Virus record (IMG/VR): IMGVR_UViG_3300025528_000021
Coordinates: 1 to 33,637 of that record
DNA: 33,637 bases
Direction: 5' to 3' (one strand)
Source of the DNA: a virus
Lineage: Duplodnaviria; Caudoviricetes
Below, one piece after another: positions 10,901-19,512 of the stretch. How positions within the stretch are numbered: position 1 is the stretch's first letter; each line of letters opens with the position of its first letter. The notes under the pieces were generated by a model. It was not told the origin of the DNA. It made no database searches and was given only the letters and a program-made list of their open reading frames with translations. The translations under genes were made by a program, and so were the position numbers.

Positions 10901-13900
10901 GTGGACGGTCCGTGGGTCGTCTATCGGTGGTCTGGCGAGGACTGGGAGGTTTATCGTGAGCAGCCAGCCAAGATCGACAGCAGTCGTCTGAAGGCCGCCC
11001 TCATCTATGACACCGAGACCAAGATAGAGGGGCGCAACACTATCACCGCCCTCCCCGTCCTGCTGGACGACATCACGGTCTATGACCCGGTGGCTGGTCT
11101 CATTCCTGGTGTGGCAGAGCGGGAAATCACGTGGAAGTTCGAGTATGACCCGGCGATCTACCACGGCGAGGCGCGCTGGGGTCGTGAACAGGTCGGTCGT
11201 CTGTGGTGGAACCTCGGTGCAGTGAACTACCTCGTCTGCGAGACGGACCGTCTCGATGTCGAGGACGAGGATCGCCGCAAGCGCGAGCTTGAATATCGTG
11301 CGGCCAACTGGGGCCGCCTGGCTCCGGGCACTGAGATCGAAATCTACGAGTGGGTGCGCTCCAGTACACCCCCGGAAACCTACAACGGCGAGACGCACAA
11401 CGCCCCGTACACGTCGTATGTGCGCAGCGAGGAATGGGACGCTGACCTCAACACGATGGTCACCGTCTATTATTTCTGGGTGAAGAACTCGGACCGAGAG
11501 CCGGTCAACATCCCCGGCAGAAAGATGTCGGCGCGGCGCGTTGCCGAAATCCTTCGCAACCCGAAGGCGCAAAACATTCCGTGGATTGCTCCGATCACGG
11601 AAAACTCGATCCTCGTTTCCGGAATCGAGCAGTTCCTTGGAGAAGAAACCTCGGTGTTGCAGTTCGAGATCGAGGACGAGGATATAGACGGCGTGGTGCA
11701 CGACGAATGGCAGCTGATCCGCGCCGAGGATTCCATGACTGTGCTGCCCGAAACCATCTGGCGTCCGCTCCGCAATTCGCTGGTGGGCCGCGATGATTTT
11801 GGAAAGCCTGTGCCCGACATGAACCTGTCACCGGATGATCGCATTGGATTGTCGATCTATCCGCGCAGGACGCTGTTCGACGGCGGTAGAGAAGGTCTTC
11901 TGGCCGCCAGAAAGGCCTTCGTCGATACGGTCAACGACATCTTCTCGCGTGAGAGCTTCCTGTCGCAGCAGGCGGGACTCGCAACGTTGCTCGATCTCAA
12001 CAGCCCGACCTTCGGGCAGCTTTTCTGGAAGCGTCCTATCGACGGGACGGCGATGGTTCTGCCTCCAGTGGGATCGTACGACTATGAGGTTTCCTCTCTC
12101 GCAGAGCGCAATGCCCTGCTTTCATCCTACGAGTTCCAAGTGATGCGTGGCTTCCTGCCGTGGGAGGAAACCGCGTGGGACGAAGCCGGGTGGGAGTTCG
12201 ATACCGCCGAGATTCCAACAGTCACCCGTCGCTCACCGCGCATTCTTGTCACCAACTATGAGGCAGAGCAGCCGTCGTGGGGCATCTGGGAACTCGACGA
12301 GACGGCGCCGCTCGACGTTGACAACCCGGATCAATACCTGCGCCTGGCAACGCTCTATGACATCGAAGTTGCCACTCGGCAGGAGATGGTCGAGCGGGCT
12401 TCGGAATTCTCTTACGGAACTCGCATCCTCGTGCGCAACGACGAAACAGCGCAGGGCTTCTGGGCGGTCTACAGTTACGTTCCTGGGGCGCTCAATGCCG
12501 ATCTCGACGGCTTCATGCTGACCAGCGTGCAGTCGTACCGCACGACCGATTTCTGGACAGCCGTGGACTGGTACGCCGAAGGCTACAGCAAGCTCAATCC
12601 GCCGATTGTCAGCTATCCGACCATAGAGGCCCGTAACATCCATGAGATGCCGCGCCCGGTGAACACCTTCGTGAAGGTCGAGGATGATGGTACCGGCGCT
12701 TGGGTCTGGACGGCCTACATCAATGGTTCGTGGGAAGTTGTTGCGCGCGAGAAGGGCACCGTCCGTCTGAGCAGCAAGTTCTACGACGACGAGCGCATTG
12801 CCCTGAAGGACGACAACCTCGACGTGGATATGATCCGGCGTCGCGATGGTTCGCTTGAGCTGAGGGCTATCATCGACGCCCTTCGGTCAGGGGTCTTCAC
12901 GAACAGCCAGATCAACGAGCTGTTCTTCTCCATGCTGCATTTCATTCACACGCAGCAGCAGAACATCCCGTGGGCGTTCAAGACCTCGTTCATGTCCATC
13001 GTTGGTTTCAACGAGACGCTCTTCCAGAGCCCGGTCAAGAGATACGATCAGACCGACAATATCGTCTCGTACATCGAGGAAGTGAAGCCGTACCGCGTGA
13101 AGGTTCGCGACTTCGCGCGCACACTTGCTCCGGATATCGACCGGGTGGGCGTTCACGTCTCGGATTTCGACAAGCCTGTCTACTTCGATGAGACGCTCGG
13201 TCGTCATCGCACGCTCGATCCGCGCCGAGATGCCGACATGGCGATCCTAACCACGATGTCACCATGGAAGGACTGGGCAGAGAACTTCGCGAAGGGATCG
13301 CGTGACCCGGCGTCGAGCGATTTCAACCCGATCCGGCGCATGCTCCTCAAGATGCGGTTCGACCGCGTTGATCATCAGGAAGTGCCGCTGGATTCCGGTC
13401 TTGGATGGGACCTCGGCCCGATGGATGTGCTTGGCTTCGATGGTGGTTCCGGAGGAAGCCATGGCGGGTCAGCCCTCGCCCGCATGCTGGCCTTCTATCG
13501 TCCTGGCCAGGGTATGCGCGAGAAGAAGATCGAGACATTGCTTGGTCTGACATTCAAGGGCGTTGTCACGGACGGTGGCGACCTGTTCCAGCCCAACGAT
13601 TTCGAATACTCGGACTGGGACGTGAAGGGATATGACAGCTTGCCGTGGGAGACGTTGCTTACGGCCGAGAAGGACCTTGAGATCGACGGTAATGGTGTCG
13701 AGGAGGTGGAGGTTGCCCTTAACCCGACCGGAGATGCCAAGAGCCACTACAAGCTCAATGACCCGTACCGTGCACCGAACCATCCCGAGGAACTGATTTC
13801 GGTGCAGTCGAATACTGCTATCAGCATGACGGTCGAGACCGGATGGACCGTTGGTGCTCCTCGCCAGTATACGGCCTACGTCAACACGAAACGCGCCAGA

Positions 13901-16069
13901 CGTTCGACGGTCAGCCTCTCCTACGGAGGCGTTGCTTCCTCAGCCGATGCGGTCTTCGTCTACCGTGATGGCGTTCGTGCCCGCGAGGGCATCGATTACA
14001 CAGTGGATCACCACGCCCGGAAGGTCGAGGTCCAGCTTGGCTCACCGCGCGCCCAGAAAGTCATGGTTCATGTGATGGGTCATGGTGGTCTGACGGCCAT
14101 TTGTGGTCAGACGTTCCTGACCGGCGACGGCATCACTACAGAATACGATCTTCCGTTCGAGACCAGAGGTGCGGTTGAGATTACAGTCGATGGACGCCGC
14201 ATGCCGTCTAATGAGGCCTACATCTCGGATGGCCGTGTCGTCTTCGTCAATGCTCCGGCAAACGGGGCCGACATCTGCTTCACCGAGTTTGAGCCTCTTG
14301 ATGGGGTAACGAATCCTGCCACGAACGTCGCGAAGGAGAGCCTCCTGGTCCACGACGAACAGCGCTGGACCCTGGCTACTCCGTCACGTGTCGTACCGAC
14401 GGAGGCGATTGGCACCATCGTCGAGCTGAATGGAAAGCGCCTGACGCCGCCATTCATTCGTGTCGGCGGGTTCTCGACCAAAGATAGATATCTGCCGTTC
14501 ACAAAGATCAACGATGTGAACAACATCAGGATGTGGATCGACGGCGATCTTTACACGGGTGAGATCAATTCCGTCCCAGGTGAAGAGCGCGAGCTTCCTG
14601 TCACGAAGGGTTGGGATACCTACGAGTGGGATATGGCTGAGGAGGTCTATTCCTGGGCCACGGTTGAGGACGGTCTCGATTGTCGTCCGCTCGACACCGA
14701 TCTTCTCGACGTTCGCGCTGATTTCGTTCTCATCGGCGAACATATCTTCGCCAACAACATCAACTTCCTCCCCGAGAACGTGATCGCCATCGGTTACGAA
14801 GGCCATGACTACGACGTAGAGGACGGTGAGCTGACGATCTACACGCCCATCGGAGAAAGCGATTACGACATCATCGCCTGGGAAGAGCATCTGTGGGACG
14901 ACGCTTACACGATCGGCACCGACACGCGGGTCGAGGTCACAACCTTTGAGAATGCATCCGCTCTCGGTATCGCCGCTCATGTCTTCGATGGCTCACCCTC
15001 CGGGATGTACGAGATTCCGGTCGCGGTCGAGGACAGCCAGTATGTCTGGGTCTGGGTCAACGGTCACCGACTGATCTCGGGCGTCGATTACGACACGGCC
15101 ATTGAGACGCCGCGATGGGATGGAAAGTCCTTTGATCATGTCGGCGTTGGTCTCGACAGCCGGAAATCCCGCGTTCTTGTGACCATCCCCGGCGGACAGG
15201 AGCCGCATGAGCGTGTCGTGATCATGACATTTTCGGGCAAGCCGGTCGTTCCGCCCTCCACGTGGGGAATGCACACGGCCGTCCCGAGCCCGTCACTCAT
15301 GGGCGATCCGGTCCTCGGTGTGGACTTCGGCTTCGCTCCTCTCGACACCGTTCCGCTGGCCTCGACGGTCGCAAGGAAGGCCCAGAGCCCGTATGGCGAA
15401 CGCACGCTGTACCGCATGAACGGCTCATGGGAACTCTACGATTGGACCGACGACGTCCGGATCACACTGGCCTCCCCTCTCGGACCGGAGGACGGAGAGA
15501 TTGTCCTGCGGATCGATGCAGACGACTACCCGGAAGACATGCTTCCGGTGGAGATGCTTCCCGAACCGGACCTCGACGGCGGTGTCCCAGGCGTCGTGTT
15601 CATCAATGGCGAGCGGATCGAGTACTTCGAGAAGGAAGTTTCCGGTCAGGAGGTGATCCTGCGCGAGCTTCGCAGAGGTACGAGAGGCACTCGGGAGGCC
15701 TGTGAGCACCGGATCGTCTCGATGCATCGTGGTGACGGGTCCACCAATGTCTTCTACTTCCCCGGTGCCGTGGCGAGCCTTCCGCTGGAAGTCTCGCTCC
15801 TGTCCGAGGACGGAAGCCTCACTGCTCTTCAGAAAGACATCCATTTCGCCGTGGAAGAGGATGCCGACGGACTGACGGTCACCCTCTATCGCATCCCGAA
15901 AAAGATAGAGACGGTTCGGCTGGCGCAGACGACCTCCTATTCGCACCCGGTCGGTAGCCTTGTCCGTTCGGGCCAGCCCGCGACAGTCACGACTTCCGCC
16001 CCCTTCCGGATCAGGGAAGAGGTATTCGACATAGACCTCGCGAAAAATTCACGAGTGTATGTTGATTGA
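4952..16069 (+). CDS. giant virion structural/baseplate protein (3705 aa) with two CBM5/12-like motifs
   Basis: Uninterrupted 11.1-kb ORF coupled to gp6 by TAATG. Has W-x5-Y-x2-(G/N)-x2-V-x-Y motifs, GDGxxxxF/Y motifs and aromatic-acidic repeats. Confidence 0.8.
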   Translation: MEKRRVIQLLPQVHQTETLKKFFGATIDHLFQNGASEHISGYIGAKPSYFDPNKDFYVPEPTTQRAEYQLEPALISRNKDGEATHIFFYDDLINYLKSVNAFTNNHHRLFADEYYNWAPPVDIDKLMNPSQYYWFGDDPEAIPVCILRSEFRKYVGDGVEVSFELPGKASYASGEEVPERYETPCAFVDGMPVVAEVDGDNIVLETAPPEGADVTVFRYGDLTALFDGRPMVDVTAWLPDNSPIQTITSGLRIRLDDGVSFFQGWDTLPWETLFLKQPIRCSQNYEIGWDQYKRSATHWVEGVGSKAELVPFQEKMTIPGNGEPIYVVIDRRSRDRNPWSINNFWVHKDAVEWAGETFTERKAKRPIIEFVPNIELANYGTRYTGEISALLTGELQYLRVPLDDPEDFMAVSDWDVLPYDEQPYEASGFENISVFEANGKPVGTLFTDIGRMVRFGDRILALDVEDQRVRSRIIEIYRGETVEDVELEDGIITTSIESFAVVLSDFPRKGDIVRLPVLGHIPFDNRFGYDKQPWVYSDQPVDFYFDGTQWQVGQKRNFEDSDPLFALYTHERISHADIPGSEFAGNRLFGFAKGSGVVDTVTGRPLVYESFGSSRAEILFENDIVTRKTVVNGEKIKGLQFYRIAGETPEEDVYGSGWHATAEKVPPRMRGDLFLVPMSLSANPDNDEPTTISRGHWFDHFSVLIARQEGFQGVAYRNNNWRDTRRSVGPGFQAAGLWDGIVDYKAGDTVSYNAIVYRCLKDHRSGEKFEAENWEERPLPSIVQHRSPLLRTMLLASDKRFDYLDTVRFVDSEYQRFRNKFIAQVVELHTTGALLETDDDAVWVDTILNALRITKTNEFPFSLSTVGGGQYFIPPSPSALGLLPVVEPGMEIDDTYGEPVPIIRGHDGSRSFAFGDIRDRILLALETLIWRNIDSSFKTDAKPEFDFADLVESRARLTNKGNVITRGDPNPCDANNDPVELDRETYSQEEYVRLYTPIFMRWAQLNGYDYKAHNDYVEDDPFTWNYRGVKDRDGVEMPGNWRAIYRWWFDTDRPHLAPWEMLGFASKPSWWDNEYGPAPYTSGNLPMWEDIRDGIIRHGERKGVDARFRRPDLLEVLPVDDQGRLLDPIAAGIIPEPPSMEDAKREWRVGDHGPVENIWINSASYPFAKAQVGYLMRPAEWIETGWDRLNRVRLPDGQWINRSYGNRPRGAEELIHGEIDEDGNRVVRVGIQQWISDYMASNSQSPSILGDAIRGMSVSLAHKMAGFTNAKNLRVFADNFGLLPPENVEVLLHSSAPIREAVYSGVLIEWTGEGWKIIGYDTVKEGFCIIGDPNEVPGDKGSDGSKQRVISLGEDTPIYEWRPNVYYQTNQIVEYQKSYYRAIRAHTASAQFEDEYWSPQPGEMTKKFPKVVIQERNVEWKNPDYKDVVYKYVPYSTVFKTQTELAQFLWDYGLTLEREGFVFDEVDPVTGEVLNWEYAIREFLKWAQMDWQPGNFIALSPGASTLKFVSRHGTVYNVEKTHNGVYGLLNRTGAPIPPRSTFISRLDDETKIITTTDDLFAARLHIGEIEHILVFSDRTIFNDIVYAPLYNLRQPRLRLIGQRSADWKGRLDAPGYVISGSEMLANYDRASENIRVMYDIERSEDRNFRDYARHQIGYQTRKYLDNLLLSETQQFETYQGMIQSKGSADTLNRLTRSQVIDDKRQLGFLEEWAFQVGRYGALNKRQRVSFRLLKSDIRNNPQQITFASGNPFDAFVDVPADSDRWVERPATLEMFRTRDHKDEFVGIGSPLTRPWVDDLPTAGPVRIDEIHFTVAQYSAFPRLYDLVSMGVGNEFGAGTRIWVYDTLKRDISWDVLQLYPISTDTTYLKRIEGIEEDGNLIGQFRMVFSQPHGLTEDDTGIYILISDTTDTEPDVAGFHRVGRVESDQTLIIDEYLDRGADYTTTIRPVVYVLRSQRFASTEARDAFYERFPARHGDICYVQPVDGPWVVYRWSGEDWEVYREQPAKIDSSRLKAALIYDTETKIEGRNTITALPVLLDDITVYDPVAGLIPGVAEREITWKFEYDPAIYHGEARWGREQVGRLWWNLGAVNYLVCETDRLDVEDEDRRKRELEYRAANWGRLAPGTEIEIYEWVRSSTPPETYNGETHNAPYTSYVRSEEWDADLNTMVTVYYFWVKNSDREPVNIPGRKMSARRVAEILRNPKAQNIPWIAPITENSILVSGIEQFLGEETSVLQFEIEDEDIDGVVHDEWQLIRAEDSMTVLPETIWRPLRNSLVGRDDFGKPVPDMNLSPDDRIGLSIYPRRTLFDGGREGLLAARKAFVDTVNDIFSRESFLSQQAGLATLLDLNSPTFGQLFWKRPIDGTAMVLPPVGSYDYEVSSLAERNALLSSYEFQVMRGFLPWEETAWDEAGWEFDTAEIPTVTRRSPRILVTNYEAEQPSWGIWELDETAPLDVDNPDQYLRLATLYDIEVATRQEMVERASEFSYGTRILVRNDETAQGFWAVYSYVPGALNADLDGFMLTSVQSYRTTDFWTAVDWYAEGYSKLNPPIVSYPTIEARNIHEMPRPVNTFVKVEDDGTGAWVWTAYINGSWEVVAREKGTVRLSSKFYDDERIALKDDNLDVDMIRRRDGSLELRAIIDALRSGVFTNSQINELFFSMLHFIHTQQQNIPWAFKTSFMSIVGFNETLFQSPVKRYDQTDNIVSYIEEVKPYRVKVRDFARTLAPDIDRVGVHVSDFDKPVYFDETLGRHRTLDPRRDADMAILTTMSPWKDWAENFAKGSRDPASSDFNPIRRMLLKMRFDRVDHQEVPLDSGLGWDLGPMDVLGFDGGSGGSHGGSALARMLAFYRPGQGMREKKIETLLGLTFKGVVTDGGDLFQPNDFEYSDWDVKGYDSLPWETLLTAEKDLEIDGNGVEEVEVALNPTGDAKSHYKLNDPYRAPNHPEELISVQSNTAISMTVETGWTVGAPRQYTAYVNTKRARRSTVSLSYGGVASSADAVFVYRDGVRAREGIDYTVDHHARKVEVQLGSPRAQKVMVHVMGHGGLTAICGQTFLTGDGITTEYDLPFETRGAVEITVDGRRMPSNEAYISDGRVVFVNAPANGADICFTEFEPLDGVTNPATNVAKESLLVHDEQRWTLATPSRVVPTEAIGTIVELNGKRLTPPFIRVGGFSTKDRYLPFTKINDVNNIRMWIDGDLYTGEINSVPGEERELPVTKGWDTYEWDMAEEVYSWATVEDGLDCRPLDTDLLDVRADFVLIGEHIFANNINFLPENVIAIGYEGHDYDVEDGELTIYTPIGESDYDIIAWEEHLWDDAYTIGTDTRVEVTTFENASALGIAAHVFDGSPSGMYEIPVAVEDSQYVWVWVNGHRLISGVDYDTAIETPRWDGKSFDHVGVGLDSRKSRVLVTIPGGQEPHERVVIMTFSGKPVVPPSTWGMHTAVPSPSLMGDPVLGVDFGFAPLDTVPLASTVARKAQSPYGERTLYRMNGSWELYDWTDDVRITLASPLGPEDGEIVLRIDADDYPEDMLPVEMLPEPDLDGGVPGVVFINGERIEYFEKEVSGQEVILRELRRGTRGTREACEHRIVSMHRGDGSTNVFYFPGAVASLPLEVSLLSEDGSLTALQKDIHFAVEEDADGLTVTLYRIPKKIETVRLAQTTSYSHPVGSLVRSGQPATVTTSAPFRIREEVFDIDLAKNSRVYVD

Positions 16070-16070
16070 A

Positions 16071-16098
16071 TAAACGCCCCGCCGAAGCGGGGCGTTTA
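16071..16098 (+). terminator. intrinsic terminator hairpin
   Basis: TAAACGCCCCGC-CGAA-GCGGGGCGTTTA immediately after the stop codon. Confidence 0.8.
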
Positions 16099-16109
16099 AG
16101 TATGGATAT

Positions 16110-16125
16110 AATAAATACGTAAATA
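16110..16125 (+). promoter_or_regulatory. tandem late-promoter-like TAAATA motifs
   Basis: AATAAATA and GTAAATA in an AT-rich gap between a terminator and the next structural genes. Confidence 0.6.
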
Positions 16126-16141
16126 ATTGGGAAGGTTATGT

Positions 16142-16291
16142 ATGAGCAAGGAAGATGCTTTTGGCATAGACGAGACGAAGCCGATTGTTGTGGATCACAT
16201 CGTTATTCGCGATGCTGATACGAAGGAAGAAATTGTAAATCAGCGTTCTTCTATGCCTGTTGCCAGAGGGAATATTGACCATGATGATTGA
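16142..16291 (+). CDS. small 49-aa protein resembling the N-terminus of the downstream gene
   Basis: Not in the ORF track. MSKEDAFGIDETKPIVVDHIVIRDADTKEEIVNQRSSMPVARGNIDHDD; GGAAGG RBS; stop overlaps the next start. Confidence 0.7.
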   Translation: MSKEDAFGIDETKPIVVDHIVIRDADTKEEIVNQRSSMPVARGNIDHDD

Positions 16292-16868
16292 TGTCAGAAA
16301 CAAGATGGAGGGCTTCGTTCTCATTCGCGACGCGGACAGTGGCGAGGTCATTCTGGAAAAGAAGAATGCCATCCACTTCGAGAACATGAGTGAAGCTATT
16401 GCTCTGTCTCTCGCCAATCGTCCCAGCGGCCATCTTCATGAAATGGTTTTTGGCAATGGTGGATCAGTCGTTTCTGGAACAGGGGCAATCACATACTTTC
16501 CGCCGAACGTTACTGGGGCGGATGCGCGCCTGTACAATCAGACTTATTCGAAGGTCGTAAATGACCAGAGCCCGCTGAACGTTGATCGTGAACGCAATCA
16601 CATTCGCATCCAGCACACCCAGAACCAGGTCTATACGGACATCGTCATCACCTGTTACCTGGACTACAACGAGCCAGCTGGTCAGGAATTCTTCGATGAC
16701 GCCCAGGATGCGGAAGGGGAGTTCATTTTCGATGAGATTGGTCTGCGAGCATTCGACACAACGGCAGGCACAGGAAAGCTCCTGACCCACGTCATTTTCC
16801 ATCCAGTTCAGAAGTCGTTGAATAGAGCGTTTGAAATCATTTACACGCTTCGAATTTACATGTCGTAA
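16281..16868 (+). CDS. conserved virion structural protein
   Basis: FIFDEIGL...LLTHVIFHPVQKSLNR motif and position in the structural operon. ATG 16281/16284 preferred over TTG 16260. Confidence 0.7.
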   Translation: MMIDVRNKMEGFVLIRDADSGEVILEKKNAIHFENMSEAIALSLANRPSGHLHEMVFGNGGSVVSGTGAITYFPPNVTGADARLYNQTYSKVVNDQSPLNVDRERNHIRIQHTQNQVYTDIVITCYLDYNEPAGQEFFDDAQDAEGEFIFDEIGLRAFDTTAGTGKLLTHVIFHPVQKSLNRAFEIIYTLRIYMS

Positions 16869-16885
16869 TCGCGGGAGAGAAATTC

Positions 16886-17710
16886 ATGCCTTACACGCTT
16901 ACACGTTCGGATGGATCGGTTCTTATGGTCATTCCGGACCAGACGATTGACAAGACAGAAACGTCTCTCGCTCTTGTCGGCAAGGGTGCTGTCAATTACG
17001 GTACGGATTTTGCCGAGAACTTCGTGAAGCTTCTTGAAAACTTCGCGCATATCAATCCGCCGCCGAAACCCCTGACGGGCCAGCTCTGGTATGACACCTC
17101 GACCACGACGTTGAAGCTTTATGACGGCGGTATCTGGCGCTCCGTGGTCGGAAACACGGCCGTCGAAGCCCTTCCCGGCACCATTCCCGAGCGTGACAAC
17201 CATGGACAGATCGCCGCGACGGCGTTTGTCGGCAATCTTCAGGGCAACGCGACGACCGCTGGACGGTGGCAGAACGCTCGCGCCATCACGCTTACTGGCG
17301 ATGTCGAAGGATCGGTCAATCTCGACGGCTCCCGCAACGTCGAGCTTAATACCATTGTTCGCCACGCTGCGCAGACGGATCGAGCCTTTGCGGCCGACCG
17401 CCTCACGAACCCTCGTCGCATCCAGCTCACGGGGCAGGCAACCGGAAGCGTCATCTTCGATGGTACCCAGGACGTGTCGATTTCCGTGACGCTGACAGGG
17501 GGACCGGCAGGCGCGCCTATCAATGGCATGCGTCGCGTCAACGCCGGTACGGTCAATGCTCAGGCTGGTCAGACTGTCAGAGCGCCGGGAGGGGCGTTCT
17601 TTTCTGGAGTCTATGTCGAGAATGGCCCGAACGGCTACCAGAACCTTCGGTTCGTGTGTGAGTATATCCAATATAACGTCAATGGTACGTGGTATACAGT
17701 CGGAACGTAA
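16886..17710 (+). CDS. short tail fibre protein
   Basis: Shared N-terminal ENFxxLLENFA...GQLWYD module, two RxIxLTG..GS...DG repeats, C-terminal YIQYNVNGTWYTV fibre-tip-like end. Confidence 0.75.
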   Translation: MPYTLTRSDGSVLMVIPDQTIDKTETSLALVGKGAVNYGTDFAENFVKLLENFAHINPPPKPLTGQLWYDTSTTTLKLYDGGIWRSVVGNTAVEALPGTIPERDNHGQIAATAFVGNLQGNATTAGRWQNARAITLTGDVEGSVNLDGSRNVELNTIVRHAAQTDRAFAADRLTNPRRIQLTGQATGSVIFDGTQDVSISVTLTGGPAGAPINGMRRVNAGTVNAQAGQTVRAPGGAFFSGVYVENGPNGYQNLRFVCEYIQYNVNGTWYTVGT

Positions 17711-18228
17711 TGCAGTATTGGGGTTTCTTCGAGCGGTATAATCCAGTTCTTTCTGAAGACGATATACGAGCCAAGCTCAACGTCCTGTTTTTGAAGAACG
17801 AAAAGGGCGAAGACTGGTACGATGTTGCGAAACGCATTCCGCTCGATGAAATTGTCGTAGTAGCGGATTCGACTGGTAGTATTTCAATTTCTTCTCGTGA
17901 GGCTGATCGCCTGTTTCCGCAGGAAGGGCACGTCTATTCGTTTCATTACGATGGCGATCCATCGACCCTAGTTGGTCGCGTCATCCGGGATGGGCGGATC
18001 GTGGAGGCAACGGTTCGCCGGGCGGTCACCCGCTACGAAGCACGCATGTTTCTTCTCAACAACGGCCTTCTTGAGAGGGTGGAGGAGTTCGTCCGATCCG
18101 ACCCGGCGTTGCGTATCTGGTACGAAGACGCCCCCATGTGGGATGTCACGGACAGTCAAGTCAAAGAAGTGGAGCGATTTCTTTCGGCGTACGGCCAGAA
18201 ATTGGAGGCCTTATTCGCGGAGAAATAA
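17710..18228 (+). CDS. tail fibre assembly chaperone (Tfa-like)
   Basis: FLKNEKGEDWY...D..G.I...S.....LFP motif typical of fibre assembly proteins; TAATG coupling to the fibre gene. Confidence 0.7.
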   Translation: MQYWGFFERYNPVLSEDDIRAKLNVLFLKNEKGEDWYDVAKRIPLDEIVVVADSTGSISISSREADRLFPQEGHVYSFHYDGDPSTLVGRVIRDGRIVEATVRRAVTRYEARMFLLNNGLLERVEEFVRSDPALRIWYEDAPMWDVTDSQVKEVERFLSAYGQKLEALFAEK

Positions 18229-18231
18229 ATA
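18225..18231 (+). promoter_or_regulatory. late-promoter-like ATAAATA
   Basis: Overlaps the stop of the previous gene, ~38 nt before ATG 18270. Confidence 0.55.
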
Positions 18232-18269
18232 CGAACATAATAAAAATATTTTGGGAGACGGTCTTAACG

Positions 18270-19466
18270 ATGTCATTCTCCGTCCGGCGTTCAAACGGCA
18301 CCATTCTTATGGAGTTGCCAGACTCCACGATCGATCGCACTGAAACCTCTTTGTCGCTTTGCGGCCGAGGCTCCAGTGGTTACGCGCAAGCCTTTGCTGA
18401 GAACTGGCTGCATCTGCTGGAAAACTTCGCAAATTTCCAGCCGCCTCGGGCGCCGATTGTAGGTCAGACTTGGTACGACACGTCGTCTGGTACCCTGAAG
18501 GTCTATGACGGCGCGAATTGGCGAAGCCTTGCCATCGGAGGGGAAGGCTCCAGGGACCACGTGGGAAGTGCTGACCATGCCACGGAGGCGGAATACGCGG
18601 CCAAGGCGGGAGATGCCGGTACGGCCACGCTCGCACTGACGGCTCGCAAGTGGACGATGCCGCGTCGCCTTCGGTTGACCGGTGACCTGATTGGTGAGGC
18701 GATGATCGACGGCTCGGAGGACATCACGATCATCACCGAACTTTCGAGCTCTCTGACTGTCGCCTCACGAGCCAATCGTCTCTCTACGCCGAGAAAGATC
18801 AGCCTTGGCGGAAAGCTGAGTGGAGAGGCGATGTTCGATGGCTCGTCGGACATCACCATTAACGCGAACATTGGTCCGAGCGGCGTCGATCCCGGTACCT
18901 ATAACGAGGTTACGGTCGGCCTCGACGGTCGCGTCATTTCCGCGACCAATAGGCCCGAAAAAGGGCTTGATTACATCGAGATCGTGGACCGCAAGGCTGC
19001 CGGTACGCCTGGTGGCACGACCACACCCGGAGTCTGGGCTGCTCGTGCGCTGAACACCGTGGTGGCGGACCCCAACGATCTTCGCGGCTCCAATACGGCT
19101 TTCGTCGTCAACAACATCATCACGCTGACTACCGGCAAGTGGTTCATTGTGGCTTCCGCACCCGCCGCTGGCGTCGGCGGCCATCGTGCCCGTCTATACA
19201 ATGTCACGAACAACACCGTGGCTCTCTGGGGGACGGTTGAGCAGGCGAGTGTCGGTGTCGATGGCGAACCGATGCAGACGCGCTCTTTGATCGTGGGTGA
19301 GGTCCAGGTGACCGGAAACACCCAGTTCCGCATCGAGCACCTTGTGGCGGCACTTCCGGCGTCCGGAGCCAATCAGGCTCTTGGTCTCAGCTCAACGTTT
19401 GTCTTTGGCGCCGCGCATGGCGGACCAGAAACCTACACAATCTTTAGAGCGACCAAGCTCGACTGA
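18270..19466 (+). CDS. tail fibre-type protein (paralog 2)
   Basis: Start MSFSVRRSNG chosen by GGAG RBS and alignment with paralogs; shared N-terminal module; PR.(L/I).L.G.L.GEAM.DGS.DITI repeats; GTYNEVTVGLDGRV motif. Confidence 0.75.
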   Translation: MSFSVRRSNGTILMELPDSTIDRTETSLSLCGRGSSGYAQAFAENWLHLLENFANFQPPRAPIVGQTWYDTSSGTLKVYDGANWRSLAIGGEGSRDHVGSADHATEAEYAAKAGDAGTATLALTARKWTMPRRLRLTGDLIGEAMIDGSEDITIITELSSSLTVASRANRLSTPRKISLGGKLSGEAMFDGSSDITINANIGPSGVDPGTYNEVTVGLDGRVISATNRPEKGLDYIEIVDRKAAGTPGGTTTPGVWAARALNTVVADPNDLRGSNTAFVVNNIITLTTGKWFIVASAPAAGVGGHRARLYNVTNNTVALWGTVEQASVGVDGEPMQTRSLIVGEVQVTGNTQFRIEHLVAALPASGANQALGLSSTFVFGAAHGGPETYTIFRATKLD

Positions 19467-19472
19467 TAAATA
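19466..19472 (+). promoter_or_regulatory. late-promoter-like ATAAATA
   Basis: Overlaps the stop codon, ~40 nt before ATG 19513. Confidence 0.55.
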
Positions 19473-19512
19473 AAGTCATAAGTTTAAGCATTGTCTTTTG
19501 GAGAATTGATTT

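Noticed and set aside
18138-18269. ORF-track N-terminal extensions (also 448, 16260, 17689, 24854, 25552, 32179)
   Set aside because: Downstream ATGs have better RBSs, stop-start coupling or paralog alignment.
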